A stretch of 53,151 bases of DNA from an uncultured Dehalococcoidia bacterium (GCA_964572535.1 CAZNHI010000001.1:1-53151), one strand, 5' to 3'. Numbered from the stretch's first letter, positions 9,061 through 19,484 are shown. Numbers and translations are program-made. Notes: generated by a model from the letters alone, not told the origin.

Positions 9061-10989
9061 ATGAGCCTCTTGCGTTCTCTGCGCTGGCCTCGAGGCCGAC
9101 TATGGCTTCTGCTTCTTGTTGTAGCCCTCGCCCTGGCACTGGTTGAGGCCCACAGGGCGTACTCGTTCTACTCTGACCTCACCGACGCGCAGAAGATTCT
9201 CCAGTCGATCCGGGTAGACATCGACCTGATCAGCCTCGAATACTCCGAAGACGAGATCCTGGACAAGCGCGCCCAGCTGGAAGAGGCCGGCAGGCATCTG
9301 CGCTCGGCAAAGACATTCACCAAGACCGACCCCTTCCTCAATCTCGCCGCCGTCGTGCCCATCGTGGGCAATCAGTCTTCCGGTCTCAGGACACTCGTCT
9401 TTGCTGCTGAGGAGTCGGCCCGGGTTGGGATCCGCGCTTCTGACGTAGCTCTGGCGTTCAAACAGTATGAAGGAACTCCCGGGGAAACTTCCTTGCAGGG
9501 AGCTCTTGATTTCATCGGTACGCAAGAAGAACCGATGGCTGACCTTCGAGTCGGCCTCGTCCGGATTCAGGACCTTCATGAGGAACTGCCCGGCGACCTT
9601 CTGGGACCGCTCGACCGGGCTGCAAGAGATCTGGAGAAGTCCGTAACGAAGCTGGACCAGCTTGTGGAGGGTTACGAACGAGCCAACGCCTTCCTGCCTG
9701 GGCTGTTTGGCGCGGACTCGCAGCGGACGTATCTCCTCTTGCCTCAGAATGACACAGAGCTCTTTCCCTCAGGCGGCCTCATATCCAGCTATGGCGTCGT
9801 CAGTTTCACGGATGGTCGTCTAGGCGAAATTAAAGTGGAGTCCTTCGCCACGCTGTTCGATCGCTGGCAGGAATCCACTGGAGAGTACATAGAACCGCCG
9901 GCGCCCCTGAAGAACTACCTGAAGAAAGACCTGTCCTGGGCGTTGGGCGAGGCGGGCTGGTACCCAGATTTTCCGACCACGGCAAACCTCGCCAGGGAGT
10001 TCACCGGCAAAGCTGGCGTCGCTCCGACGGACGGAGTCATTGCCATCGACTTAAAGTTTCTTGTGGCGCTGCTGGAGGAGTTAGGCCCCGTTCGCGTTCC
10101 TGACTACGGCGTTTCCGTCACGCCCCAGAACGCTCAGGAGCTGATCCTCGAATTGACGCGAGATGAGGCCTATGTCCCGGGCCTGAGGCAACCTGGCAAG
10201 GCGTTCCTCGGTTACCTGGCTCGCGCATTAATCGACGACCTCCTGTCGGCGCCTAAGGAGGAGTGGATAGACCTCCTGGAGCTTTTGAATCGCATGGGCG
10301 GAGAACGGCACCTGCAGCTCAACTTCAACGACCCAGACCTCCAAGAGCTGAGTGTCGATTACGGCCTCGATGGCGGCCTCCAGAAGACCGAGGGCGACTT
10401 CCTGCTCATCGCCGACACGAGTGTCAACAGCACGAAGCTCAACCTGATACTGGAGCCAAGCGCCCGTCTCGAGGTTTACGTACTCCCGGACGACCGCATC
10501 CGCTCAGTCGTGACGTATGAGATTCGCAATCCTTTCCCTGAGTGGAGTGCCGGCCGCAATCCAGCCCTGGTGCGTGACCTGATGCTCGGAGGCGTCTACG
10601 GCAGCTACACGAGAGTGTATGTCCCCGCAGATGCAATCCTGGTAGATGTCTGGTTGGATGGAGAGCGTGTCGGCGCCGAGCAAGTTGAGGCCGAGTTCGA
10701 CAAGAAGGTCTTTGGCCGATTCTTCCGAGTACCACCCGGAGCGAAATCGACAGTGCAGTTTGCCTATGAGATGCCCATTCGTTATTCGGAAGGCACTTAC
10801 AGATACAGGCTCGACGTCCAGAAAGAATCCGGCACGGAGGCGGTCCCCTTCGAATTCCGCCTTGTGCTAAGGCGGCCGGCCACCCTTGAAGGCCTCTTCA
10901 TCGACGGGGTTCCCATCGATGGCAATTTAATAGTCACCGATCTACGCACTGACAGGCACATCGAAGCTGAGATTCGGTTCTCGAAGTAG
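9061..10989 (+). CDS. Membrane-anchored DUF4012-family protein
   Basis: N-terminal TM helix (LWLLLLVVALALALV). The central YLLLPQNDTELFPSGGLISSYGVVSF matches the DUF4012 signature as I recall it. Confidence 0.65.
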   Translation: MSLLRSLRWPRGRLWLLLLVVALALALVEAHRAYSFYSDLTDAQKILQSIRVDIDLISLEYSEDEILDKRAQLEEAGRHLRSAKTFTKTDPFLNLAAVVPIVGNQSSGLRTLVFAAEESARVGIRASDVALAFKQYEGTPGETSLQGALDFIGTQEEPMADLRVGLVRIQDLHEELPGDLLGPLDRAARDLEKSVTKLDQLVEGYERANAFLPGLFGADSQRTYLLLPQNDTELFPSGGLISSYGVVSFTDGRLGEIKVESFATLFDRWQESTGEYIEPPAPLKNYLKKDLSWALGEAGWYPDFPTTANLAREFTGKAGVAPTDGVIAIDLKFLVALLEELGPVRVPDYGVSVTPQNAQELILELTRDEAYVPGLRQPGKAFLGYLARALIDDLLSAPKEEWIDLLELLNRMGGERHLQLNFNDPDLQELSVDYGLDGGLQKTEGDFLLIADTSVNSTKLNLILEPSARLEVYVLPDDRIRSVVTYEIRNPFPEWSAGRNPALVRDLMLGGVYGSYTRVYVPADAILVDVWLDGERVGAEQVEAEFDKKVFGRFFRVPPGAKSTVQFAYEMPIRYSEGTYRYRLDVQKESGTEAVPFEFRLVLRRPATLEGLFIDGVPIDGNLIVTDLRTDRHIEAEIRFSK

Positions 10990-11018
10990 AGGCGCGTTGC
11001 CGGGTATGCTCTGCAGGC

Positions 11019-11564
11019 TCAGGATGTGGTGCTTCGCACCCGCCAGAGAATGCCGGCGAGAAGCGGGACACCGATCACGAGGAGCCAGGTCAACGGCACT
11101 CCGTCACCAGGCAGGGCCGCCACACCACCACTGCCAACGGACGGCAATGCCCTAACTTCAGCCACTCGCTGGGTAGACGCCACCTGCTGGCCCAGGACCT
11201 CGACCAACACATCGCAGCTAATATCGCCGAACGTTGCCGTTATCTTGACGGTGCCCGTCCCGGAAGGGTCGAACGTAGTCTCGGCTACGCCGTTAGAATC
11301 AGTAGTATCACTCGCTGGGTTGAGCGTCGCGCCCTCGGCTTCGAAATTGACCACGACGCCGGAAACTGGCTGATTAGTGTTCAGGTCGATTAAGGTGGCC
11401 GTCACTACGCCCTCACCACTGTCAAGGAGCGCTGTCAGGTCACTGGAGCAAAGTAGGTTGCGGTCTGGCGGCGGATACTGAGCCTCAGCACTACTTGCTG
11501 CTGCGAAGTAGCCCACCAAGGCTACGAGTACGACCGCAATCCAATTCCTCTTGGGCCCATGCAT
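11019..11564 (-). CDS. Secreted Ig-like (Big-type) domain protein with C-terminal anchor-like signal
   Basis: Start placed at ATG 11564 (MHGPKRNWIAVVLVALVGYFAAASSAEA signal peptide, G-rich SD upstream). VVTATLIDLNTNQPVSGVVVNFEAEGATL..DSNGVAETTF..GTVKITATFG is Big_1-like. The C-terminus is LPSVG/LPGDG followed by a TM helix and RVRS. Confidence 0.5.
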   Translation of the reverse strand: MHGPKRNWIAVVLVALVGYFAAASSAEAQYPPPDRNLLCSSDLTALLDSGEGVVTATLIDLNTNQPVSGVVVNFEAEGATLNPASDTTDSNGVAETTFDPSGTGTVKITATFGDISCDVLVEVLGQQVASTQRVAEVRALPSVGSGGVAALPGDGVPLTWLLVIGVPLLAGILWRVRSTTS

Positions 11565-11891
11565 GAGCCATCCCCCCCGGCATTCCCTGCTCTTTCTAAT
11601 AATGCAGCGTATGGGTTGGCATAACGGTACGTCAACCGATAGCGGTGATGCCGGTCTCAAGACCGAGACCCCGGGCACCGGCTTAGCTCCGTTGCCTAGG
11701 CGCGGCTTGACGGTGGTACCTCTTTCAAGGTTAGGTTGCTGTATAGTACAAGCACCATACCCCACGAATCGTCCGAGACTTGAACTCGGCGGAGTGATCG
11801 CTCTGACCGGTATGCTGGATGCTGTTGAAGCCACGCTTCGGCAATCCTAAGACGGAGGCCCTTCCCCGCCTCAAGACACCATGAATCCTGA

Positions 11892-13307
11892 ATGAACAAA
11901 CGACGTAGGTTGGTATATCTCTTGCGGCCCTCTCTCAGGATGGGCTTCGTCATAGTCGCGCTTCTGATTATCGGAGGCGCTGTCGTGGCCAATTTGGGCC
12001 GCGACTCAGGTCAAGAAGACAAGTCTGGTGACTCCGCAGCGACGACAGGCCCAACGCCACAGATAGGCGATCAGTCTCCGACGGCGACCTCAGATCCCGC
12101 TGCGCTGACACCCGAACACACCACAGAGGCGTCAGACGTGCCGACACTCGCGACAAGGGAGACCACTCCAGCGCGGCCGTTGGTTCCCAGGCCAGATACA
12201 CCCTATCTCACCCACCCGTTGCACAATGTAACCGACTACGGGGCGAAGGGTGATGGGAAAACCGACGACACAAAGGCTATACAGAACGCCCTCGATAGCA
12301 TGACGGAGGGTGGCACTCTCGTATTTCCAGCTGGCGAGTACCTTTACAGCAGTAGCCTGCGGGTGACTCACGACGGCGTCAGGCTTTCCGGCTACGGAGG
12401 CGCCCACCTTCATCAAGTCTCAACCCCGGATACGATGGCAATTACGTTGAGAGCCAACGAAACAGGCGTCTACGGCTTTCGGCTGTCATCCGCGGTTAAC
12501 AAGCGCGCCGAACACGCAAACTACATCATCGTTGCCAAAGACGTGAGCAACGTAGAGATAATCGACAATCAGATAGAGAGCGCCGGCATTCTGATTGACG
12601 GTGTGAAGGGATATCTCCTCTCTCGAAACAGCGTCAGCAATTCAACCGCGGACTCCATACGGCAGGTTGACGGCGCAACGAATGGGCAGGTCCTGGGCAA
12701 CATCGTGCGTGATTCAGGTGATGACATGATTTCCATGATTGGCACCGTCGGTCATGGCCTGGTCTCGAATGTCCTCGTGGAAGGCAATGACCTTTCTCGT
12801 CAGCAATGGTCGCGCGGCATCGCAGTCGCAGGCGGTGAGAACATCACAATCAGGAATAACGTCATTTCTCACACAAGTTACGGGGCAGGCATCATGGTGA
12901 CCCAAGAGGATGACTACAATACTTACGGCGCCCGCAACGTGCTCATTGAAGGGAATCAGATCTCGCACGTTCAGACCACCGGGACGACGCTCACGGGTGA
13001 GAGGACCGGCCACGCTGCCATCAACATCTCGTCGGAGAGAAACGGATCAGTTCGTGACATACTGGTGCGCAACAACACAGTTGTGGACGCGGCCTACAGC
13101 GGCCTGCGCACGAGACTCAACGCCTGCAATGTTGCGTTTGTGGACAACTACCTTTTCGATATTCAACAGTCGGCAATAGACCTCGATCTGCGAGTCGGGC
13201 CGGGTTCGTGCTCCGTCGTTTGCACGGGAAACTATGTGGACGATGAGCCGGTTACTGATGAACGGTGCGGGGCCGCCCTGCCGCAGGTGACCGGCTATCA
13301 GCCCTAA
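11892..13307 (+). CDS. Membrane-anchored right-handed beta-helix (pectate-lyase-superfamily) protein
   Basis: N-terminal TM helix and a Pro/Thr-rich linker, then HNVTDYGAKGDGKTDDTKAIQNALDS..GGTLVFPAGEYL (Pectate_lyase_3-type cap) and repeated beta-helix turns. Confidence 0.75.
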   Translation: MNKRRRLVYLLRPSLRMGFVIVALLIIGGAVVANLGRDSGQEDKSGDSAATTGPTPQIGDQSPTATSDPAALTPEHTTEASDVPTLATRETTPARPLVPRPDTPYLTHPLHNVTDYGAKGDGKTDDTKAIQNALDSMTEGGTLVFPAGEYLYSSSLRVTHDGVRLSGYGGAHLHQVSTPDTMAITLRANETGVYGFRLSSAVNKRAEHANYIIVAKDVSNVEIIDNQIESAGILIDGVKGYLLSRNSVSNSTADSIRQVDGATNGQVLGNIVRDSGDDMISMIGTVGHGLVSNVLVEGNDLSRQQWSRGIAVAGGENITIRNNVISHTSYGAGIMVTQEDDYNTYGARNVLIEGNQISHVQTTGTTLTGERTGHAAINISSERNGSVRDILVRNNTVVDAAYSGLRTRLNACNVAFVDNYLFDIQQSAIDLDLRVGPGSCSVVCTGNYVDDEPVTDERCGAALPQVTGYQP

Positions 13308-13411
13308 CTTGGACATCTGATGAGCCGTACCCGCCTGGACCTTCATCTCTTGCGCACAGGCTTAGGTCATCTGCGGTCAGGCTCTCGGATCCCGAATAGA
13401 ATCCTAAGCCT

Positions 13412-14446
13412 GTGAGTAGTAGGCGTCGGATTCTATTGCCCGGACCGAGTAGTCCTCCGCTCAGCGCCCGTGCCTGGCGCGTCATGGGCAGAATACTCTC
13501 TCCCCTTGGCCTCCGTATGCCGATTCAGCGTCGTCTGTCCCGGCGGATGTCGCCTGCCTGGGAAGGCCGTTACGAAGTCGACGTCTGGGCCAATCGGCGC
13601 CTCCTGCTCGACCTAGGCGAACCGGCAGGCCAGGGCCAGTCCATCTACTTCTCCCGCGTCTATGAACGCGGCACCACGGCCGTGGTGACCGCCCTCTTGG
13701 GGCTGGGCGATTGGTTCGTGGACGTCGGCGCCAACATCGGTTGGTTCACCACCCTAGCCGCAGGTCTCGTCGGCCCGGAAGGCAGAGTGATCGCGTTTGA
13801 GCCTCACCCCGTCGCTTATCAGGACTTGAACCACAATGTCAGCGCCAACAACGCCGCGAATGTCCATATTCAGAGGAAGGCCGTGGGCTCCCACGAAGGG
13901 ATTGCTGAGATTGTTCTCACACACGGGCCTATCCACGGGACCAGGGTCCGAGACACCGAGGAGGCTTCATCCAATTCCGTGCCCCTGGTTGCCCTTGACG
14001 ATGCCCTGCGAAACGCTTTTAGGTTGGGTGAGCGCCTGCGTCTCGTGATCAAGGTTGACGTCGAGGGTTTCGAGAGCGAGGTTCTCGCTGGCAGCCAGAA
14101 GTTGAACCAGGCTGCACATCCTATTTGGATCATTGAGGCCAGCGCGAACAGCGCTCGCCGGAATGGTCACACGATCAGCGAGGTCTTCTCCACGCTTCTG
14201 CCGGCAGGCTATGACCGTTTCTATTCAATCGACATGGGCCGGGGTAAGGCCAGGCTCGCAACTCCGTTTGTCGAGGTGTTCCGCGCCGGACGGGGCTTTG
14301 TCACCCGCCGTTTGAGTATCGAACAACTCGATGATGAAGTGAGCGGGTTGATCGAAAATGTGCTCTGCCTTAGCTCTCAGGCCCACCCGGACGCCGTAGC
14401 CCTGGCGGAGCGGCACACTCACTGGTTTAGCTGGCTTAGAGACTGA
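13412..14446 (+). CDS. FkbM-family methyltransferase
   Basis: VDVGANIGWFTTLAAGLVGPEGRVIAFEPHPVAYQDLNHNV and KVDVEGFESEVL are typical of Methyltransf_21/FkbM. Start is uncertain (GTG 13412 or ATG 13484). Confidence 0.75.
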   Translation: MSSRRRILLPGPSSPPLSARAWRVMGRILSPLGLRMPIQRRLSRRMSPAWEGRYEVDVWANRRLLLDLGEPAGQGQSIYFSRVYERGTTAVVTALLGLGDWFVDVGANIGWFTTLAAGLVGPEGRVIAFEPHPVAYQDLNHNVSANNAANVHIQRKAVGSHEGIAEIVLTHGPIHGTRVRDTEEASSNSVPLVALDDALRNAFRLGERLRLVIKVDVEGFESEVLAGSQKLNQAAHPIWIIEASANSARRNGHTISEVFSTLLPAGYDRFYSIDMGRGKARLATPFVEVFRAGRGFVTRRLSIEQLDDEVSGLIENVLCLSSQAHPDAVALAERHTHWFSWLRD

Positions 14447-14605
14447 CCACAATCGCACGCCGCCGGCCACAGAGAAGGCGGGATCCCTAAACCGCCACCA
14501 GATTCCGCCGAACATCAACAGTAGTAATAGTACGTAGTGGTAACCCCGCCGCACGTTGCCGGTCTATCGGCTCGTGCGAACGGGCCTACCGGAAAGACCG
14601 GCTCT

Positions 14606-15937
14606 ATGTCCGCACAGACCCAGGCTTCCTCACGGAGAATCCCCAGGCGCGCTTTCCTGCAGCGTTCGGCAATTGCCCTTGGAGGGGCAGCAGCCTTCCT
14701 CATCGCAGGTTCAAGGGCTGACGCCCAGACAATCGTGAACGTCAAGTCCTTCGGTGCCTTAGGAAACGATTCAGGCAACGACGCGAATGCCATCAACGCG
14801 GCTCTATCTCAGGTCCCGGTAGGCGGCCGGGTCTTCTTCCCGTCCGGAACTTACCGACTCTCGAACTCCCTCCTTCCAAAAAGCAACCGCGAGATTGAGT
14901 TTGATTCCGGAGCAAAGCTACGCTTCGTCTCCGACCAGGCGCACGGCATTATGTTCAACAACGTCACCAACATCAAGACGTACGGAATGCGCATGCGCCA
15001 TGAAGCCACAATACGCAACAACTACAACATACGAGTCGTTGGCAGCTCGTACATTGATCTCTTCGACACCTTGATCGAGCGCAATGACTCCGTCGCAGTC
15101 ACCGTGGATGAGTCTCATCACATCTTGGTGGATGGGTACACGAATCTGAATGCCCTGGTCAGCAACAGGAACATCGACGACGCCATCGATATCCGGAACT
15201 CCCATGACGTCACCGTGAGGAACTTCGACCTCAACACCAATGACGACTCCATTTCACCCAAGACATTAGCGAGCGTGGGGCCAAGTGAGACCTACAACAT
15301 TCTCATCGAAGATGGAGTGATTAGGTCTCGAGACTCCGGAATTGCCTTCGGTAGTGAACACCATCGCAACATGCATGATATCCACGTGCGTAACGTTCGC
15401 TTCGAGAATTGTGGCGTGCCTCTCTACTTCAAGGGCTATAACAGTGGCTATCAAGGCGAGTGCTACAACATTACCGTTGAAAATGTCACGGCAGAGGACG
15501 CCGTAGGCCGGTGCCAGCGAGCGATCTTCTTCCACAACACGATCGAACGTGCTGGCAAGATGCATGACATCTCCATCGATGGCTTCTCATTCCGCGGTCC
15601 TCTACAGTTCGAGTTCGCGAATCTGATGAGGGCGCGGAACATACAAATGCGCAACATCTCCTGTGAAGCGATCCGTATCTCCAATCCGATACGTCCGACA
15701 AGCAACGGCCTGGGTATGCTCCTCGACGGCACGGCCAACTCATCATTCAGTGGCCTAAGCCTGACTGGTCTCAACAAGAACTGGCGCCTCAGCGGCTCAG
15801 AAACCAAGAACAACCAAATCGAGCTGGAGAGCGGCTTAGTAGACTTTGTGTCTGGGGCTCAAGCCGAGTCGCAAGGGTGGACTTCTCCCGGCTTTCGAGT
15901 CTGGGTAGATGAGATAAGCTCGATAAGGGTGGGCTAA
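14606..15937 (+). CDS. Tat-signal beta-helix glycosidase, GH28-like
   Basis: Start placed at ATG 14606 (MSAQTQASSRRIPRRAFLQRSAIALGGAAAF, a Tat signal). NVKSFGALGNDSGNDANAINAAL cap. DDAIDI, NDDSISPK, SGIAFGSEH and YFKG are spaced like the GH28 NTDG / DD / GHG / RIK motifs. Confidence 0.7.
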   Translation: MSAQTQASSRRIPRRAFLQRSAIALGGAAAFLIAGSRADAQTIVNVKSFGALGNDSGNDANAINAALSQVPVGGRVFFPSGTYRLSNSLLPKSNREIEFDSGAKLRFVSDQAHGIMFNNVTNIKTYGMRMRHEATIRNNYNIRVVGSSYIDLFDTLIERNDSVAVTVDESHHILVDGYTNLNALVSNRNIDDAIDIRNSHDVTVRNFDLNTNDDSISPKTLASVGPSETYNILIEDGVIRSRDSGIAFGSEHHRNMHDIHVRNVRFENCGVPLYFKGYNSGYQGECYNITVENVTAEDAVGRCQRAIFFHNTIERAGKMHDISIDGFSFRGPLQFEFANLMRARNIQMRNISCEAIRISNPIRPTSNGLGMLLDGTANSSFSGLSLTGLNKNWRLSGSETKNNQIELESGLVDFVSGAQAESQGWTSPGFRVWVDEISSIRVG

Positions 15938-16050
15938 CTCTCGCGCCAAGGCCGCCTAATTCTACCGAACGCGCGCTTGGCCTGATTGCCGACTGAAGTC
16001 GCTCGCGAAGGTAACTGACGAACGGGTCGCCGGCGCCGCAGGACGCTTGA

Positions 16051-16794
16051 TCAGGGCTTCTGGGCGATGCCGATGACGGTCTGTTTCTCCTGCTCCATCA
16101 GGTACGGAATCACGCCTACATGCCGGCAGAACTCCGGAAACGCAGGATTGTTAACATCGTCTGAGAGAATCACTCCGCCCTGCCGGAGAGCAGGCCAGAC
16201 GGTACGGTACTCCGTCATTTGAGACTCGTACGTGTGGTCCGCGTCATGCAAGAAGATGTCGATGGACCCCACTTCCTTCACGATCTTGGGAAGCAGGATC
16301 CTCGATGGGCCCAGGTGGAGTCGCCAGCCTTCCCGGAGCTCCTGTGGGACCGCCCTGCCGGTGAAGGAGTCCTTTTCGATACCTAGGGCAGGTAGGTCGA
16401 CGCTATGGAGGACTCCCCTACCGTTTCGTCGAAGCGCGGCAAGGATTGTCGCCGAAGAGAAGCCGCGCGCCACACCCGTCTCGACAACTATCGCGGGCTT
16501 CAGGCTACGAACAGTCACCCACAGCACTTCTAGCAGCCGATTCGAGGCGTTCCAAGACTGGAACTCGGAGTTCGAGTCCGACGGCACGTAGCGTTCGTTC
16601 AGCAAGGCACGAAGCCCATCAACTTCGAGACCCAGGAGCGTCATCAAGGTCTGCTCTGGGTCGCTCCGTTCTGCCGACGCGATGTTCAGCGATCGATGGT
16701 GCCCCAGACGCCTAAGCCGCTGCATGCGGAGGTTCTCCACGAACCAGCTTGGATTCTGGACGGCCTGGCGAATCAGGTTCGCGTAGTTCCTCAT
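16051..16794 (-). CDS. Class I SAM-dependent methyltransferase (Methyltransf_24/CmcI-like)
   Basis: VVETGVARGFSSATILAAL..GVLHSVDLP and IDIFLHDADHTYES..GGVILSDDV. Confidence 0.65.
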   Translation of the reverse strand: MRNYANLIRQAVQNPSWFVENLRMQRLRRLGHHRSLNIASAERSDPEQTLMTLLGLEVDGLRALLNERYVPSDSNSEFQSWNASNRLLEVLWVTVRSLKPAIVVETGVARGFSSATILAALRRNGRGVLHSVDLPALGIEKDSFTGRAVPQELREGWRLHLGPSRILLPKIVKEVGSIDIFLHDADHTYESQMTEYRTVWPALRQGGVILSDDVNNPAFPEFCRHVGVIPYLMEQEKQTVIGIAQKP

Positions 16795-16924
16795 GCCTCG
16801 TTTCCAGGGGCGAGATTGCTCCTGCCAGAACTCCCCTTGACTCTCATATTCTCATACCCCTCATTCGTTTGATTGCTGCTACAGAGCCCGAGGCGCGCGA
16901 GCACAGATCGCGGGCGGTTGCCGG

Positions 16925-18064
16925 TTAGCCTGCTTCTACGGCGCTTATCGTCTTGGATACAGGCTCCCCAAGGGCATCGTCCAGGATCCTGGCCATCGTG
17001 GTCTTAAAGCACTCCTGGCTGTAAGACTGGATGTGGGTCTGGAGATCCGGAAGAAGCTTGTCGAAGTCGCCGTCCACCGCAGACCGGATTCGTCTCACAG
17101 CCTCACCAGAGTCCGCGAAGCGCATCTCGGAATACGGCACGACCTCGCGCTGTCCGCCACTGTCGTGGACTATCGGCACGCACCCGTGCGCGATGCCCTC
17201 TACCGTCCCGATGCCGAAATGCTCGTACTGCTTGGTGTGCAGGTAGACCTTCGCGCGAGAGAGAATGTCCGTGATCTGTGCCCGTGACGCGTTCGGTATC
17301 AACTGGACGTTGGGCGCGGCGTTGGCTGCTTCCTGGCACTGCCTGAGGTAACGTGAGGACCTCGTGCTGCCTATCAGGTAGAACTTCACGTCCGGCAGTT
17401 GCCGGGCCATCTCTATTTGGTCCAGCTGGCGTTTGTCTGGGTGAAAGCCGCCGATGGTCACAACGGAGCGCTCGCGAGCGGCGCCCTCGCCCGCGATTTC
17501 CGTGCTCACAGGAGCGTAGACCACTTCGATCTCGCCGCCAGCTAGAGGATACGTCGCCTCCATGACCTCGCGCGTGAACTCCGAGTTTGCAAGCCACCGC
17601 CCGTGGTAGCTGGTCCGGTGAGACGCGATACTGCAAAGGACTTTGTGTATGAACCCGTATATGCGATACGCAGGTTCCTTGTACCGGCCCTCGTATGTTG
17701 AGACCTGCTCGAGGGGGAAGCAGACCAGCCTCAGCAGCTCGACTTCTTTTGGGTACCCGTAGATCGCAGTGTTGCTTGCGAACACAAGGTCGTAGGACTT
17801 CAACTTCCCCCTGAACAGGTACGGTATCGCGAATTCCTGTAGAAGATCGCCAGCCAGCAAAGGCGGTTTGCGGAAGCTCCGCAGCTTGAACTCAAGAGCG
17901 AGGGACGAGAGCGATCGGAAACGCTCAGCGTCCTGCCGGCCGGAGAATGTGAGTATGTCAGGCACGATCTGCCTGGCGTTGAGCAACTCCACAAGCGAAA
18001 CGAGAGTCTGGCTACGACCATCCAGGCCGACATGGTTCTGGATCAGGGCGACCTTAGGCGCCAT
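16925..18064 (-). CDS. GT4 glycosyltransferase
   Basis: EHFGIGTVEGIAHGCVPIVHDSGGQREVV (E-x7-E). Overlaps the upstream gene by 11 nt. Confidence 0.8.
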   Translation of the reverse strand: MAPKVALIQNHVGLDGRSQTLVSLVELLNARQIVPDILTFSGRQDAERFRSLSSLALEFKLRSFRKPPLLAGDLLQEFAIPYLFRGKLKSYDLVFASNTAIYGYPKEVELLRLVCFPLEQVSTYEGRYKEPAYRIYGFIHKVLCSIASHRTSYHGRWLANSEFTREVMEATYPLAGGEIEVVYAPVSTEIAGEGAARERSVVTIGGFHPDKRQLDQIEMARQLPDVKFYLIGSTRSSRYLRQCQEAANAAPNVQLIPNASRAQITDILSRAKVYLHTKQYEHFGIGTVEGIAHGCVPIVHDSGGQREVVPYSEMRFADSGEAVRRIRSAVDGDFDKLLPDLQTHIQSYSQECFKTTMARILDDALGEPVSKTISAVEAG

Positions 18065-19484
18065 CTACCACACCCGTTTCCCTAGACCGGCCAATATCCG
18101 CTAACTTCGTCACCTTTCGGCCATCAGCATAGACGGCATATGAGACGATCGCGATTAGCAGGACGGGGACAAGCATCCGCGACTCCGACCAGTAGAGGAT
18201 ACGCCAGGAATCCAGGACTCCCACGAAGAAGAACGGGTAAATGAGCAGCGCCCAAAACTCTCCGACCGCGAAGCGATAGTAGACCGCTCCGACCAGCATC
18301 CCGAACCAGAACGTCAGGACAATGCCTCCCCAGGATAGGTCCATGAAGGCGTAGCCCGGAAAGGAATACACCGTGAAACGTGGAACCGCATAGATCTCGC
18401 GCAGCAGGCTGCTCGCCTCGGCGATTCCAGCCCCTACGAAAGGTGCACTGCTGTTGTCCTGCCCGGTAGTGGTGAAGAGAGCCTTGGCTGAGCGATAGAC
18501 TATTGTGTGATTGCGGAAGTGGTCCACGGCATACAGGCCATTGTTGGGGCCTGTCAGGATGTAGGCGAGGAACTGGTTGCCCGCAACCGAGCTGACTGAA
18601 GGCGCTTCGAGGTCCTCGTCGTCCACAGCCAGGCTGTCTACCTTGTCACCACTGGTGACCGAAGGGCCGTAGCGCGGAAGGTATGACCGCCCAAACTCGG
18701 CGCTGAACCAGACAGCAACGCCCACCGCCAGTAGAATGCCAACGCGCACGAGAACCCGCGGCGTGAGTACCGGCTCTCCTCGATAGGTGCGAAGGCCAAC
18801 CCAGACCGTTCCCGCCACCACCAGGTACTCGTAAGTCGTCAACCTGTCTGACAACAGGAAGCCCTGCAAGAGAGCAATGATAAAGCCTGCTAGCAGGGAG
18901 TATCGAAAGAATCTGGAGGTGGCGCCCTTCCCGGCCTCGATCAGCAGGCCCAAAGTCGCCAGGGCTGCGACGGCGGAGTTGATTTGAACCCAGACGGTCA
19001 CCCCCTGGATTCTCGAAGACGTGAAGTATCTGCTGGACAGGTCCGACCAGGGCACTCCACTTAATAACTCGTCTGCGAAGCTGCCTGGCCCGCCCGCCTT
19101 GATCACGCCCTGCACAACGATCAGTGCGAAGGCCGCGCCTCCAACGGACAGCGCTATGAGCGTGCCCCGCCTTAGGAGCGGTATCGTACGTTCCGCACCT
19201 GGATCTGCTCGCTTGACAGCGGGAATTCGTACTTTAAACAGGCCTGGACCCATAAACGTGCCAATGAGGAAAGCAACCAGAGCCAGCGTCAAATACAGGG
19301 CGCTGTTCAGCGTTACATAGCGATCTGAGCCTGTAATCGCACGGAAGGTGTCCTCTGGAAGACCAGCCCACAGAGAAAGCACAGTCGTCCAAACCATCGC
19401 AAACCATATGCCAGGATGCAGCAGCCTCGGGACCTTGACCTTCGTTTGTCCTTTTGCGTCGGTGACCAACATAGGTGTCGTCAT
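18054..19484 (-). CDS. Polytopic membrane protein, Wzy-like polymerase candidate
   Basis: At least 10 hydrophobic segments, a large acidic loop (SVTSGDKVDSLAVDDEDLEAPSV), operon position between glycosyltransferases, and an ATGA overlap with the upstream GT2 (19481-19484). There is no diagnostic motif, so this is a call by topology and context. Confidence 0.5.
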   Translation of the reverse strand: MTTPMLVTDAKGQTKVKVPRLLHPGIWFAMVWTTVLSLWAGLPEDTFRAITGSDRYVTLNSALYLTLALVAFLIGTFMGPGLFKVRIPAVKRADPGAERTIPLLRRGTLIALSVGGAAFALIVVQGVIKAGGPGSFADELLSGVPWSDLSSRYFTSSRIQGVTVWVQINSAVAALATLGLLIEAGKGATSRFFRYSLLAGFIIALLQGFLLSDRLTTYEYLVVAGTVWVGLRTYRGEPVLTPRVLVRVGILLAVGVAVWFSAEFGRSYLPRYGPSVTSGDKVDSLAVDDEDLEAPSVSSVAGNQFLAYILTGPNNGLYAVDHFRNHTIVYRSAKALFTTTGQDNSSAPFVGAGIAEASSLLREIYAVPRFTVYSFPGYAFMDLSWGGIVLTFWFGMLVGAVYYRFAVGEFWALLIYPFFFVGVLDSWRILYWSESRMLVPVLLIAIVSYAVYADGRKVTKLADIGRSRETGVVDGA

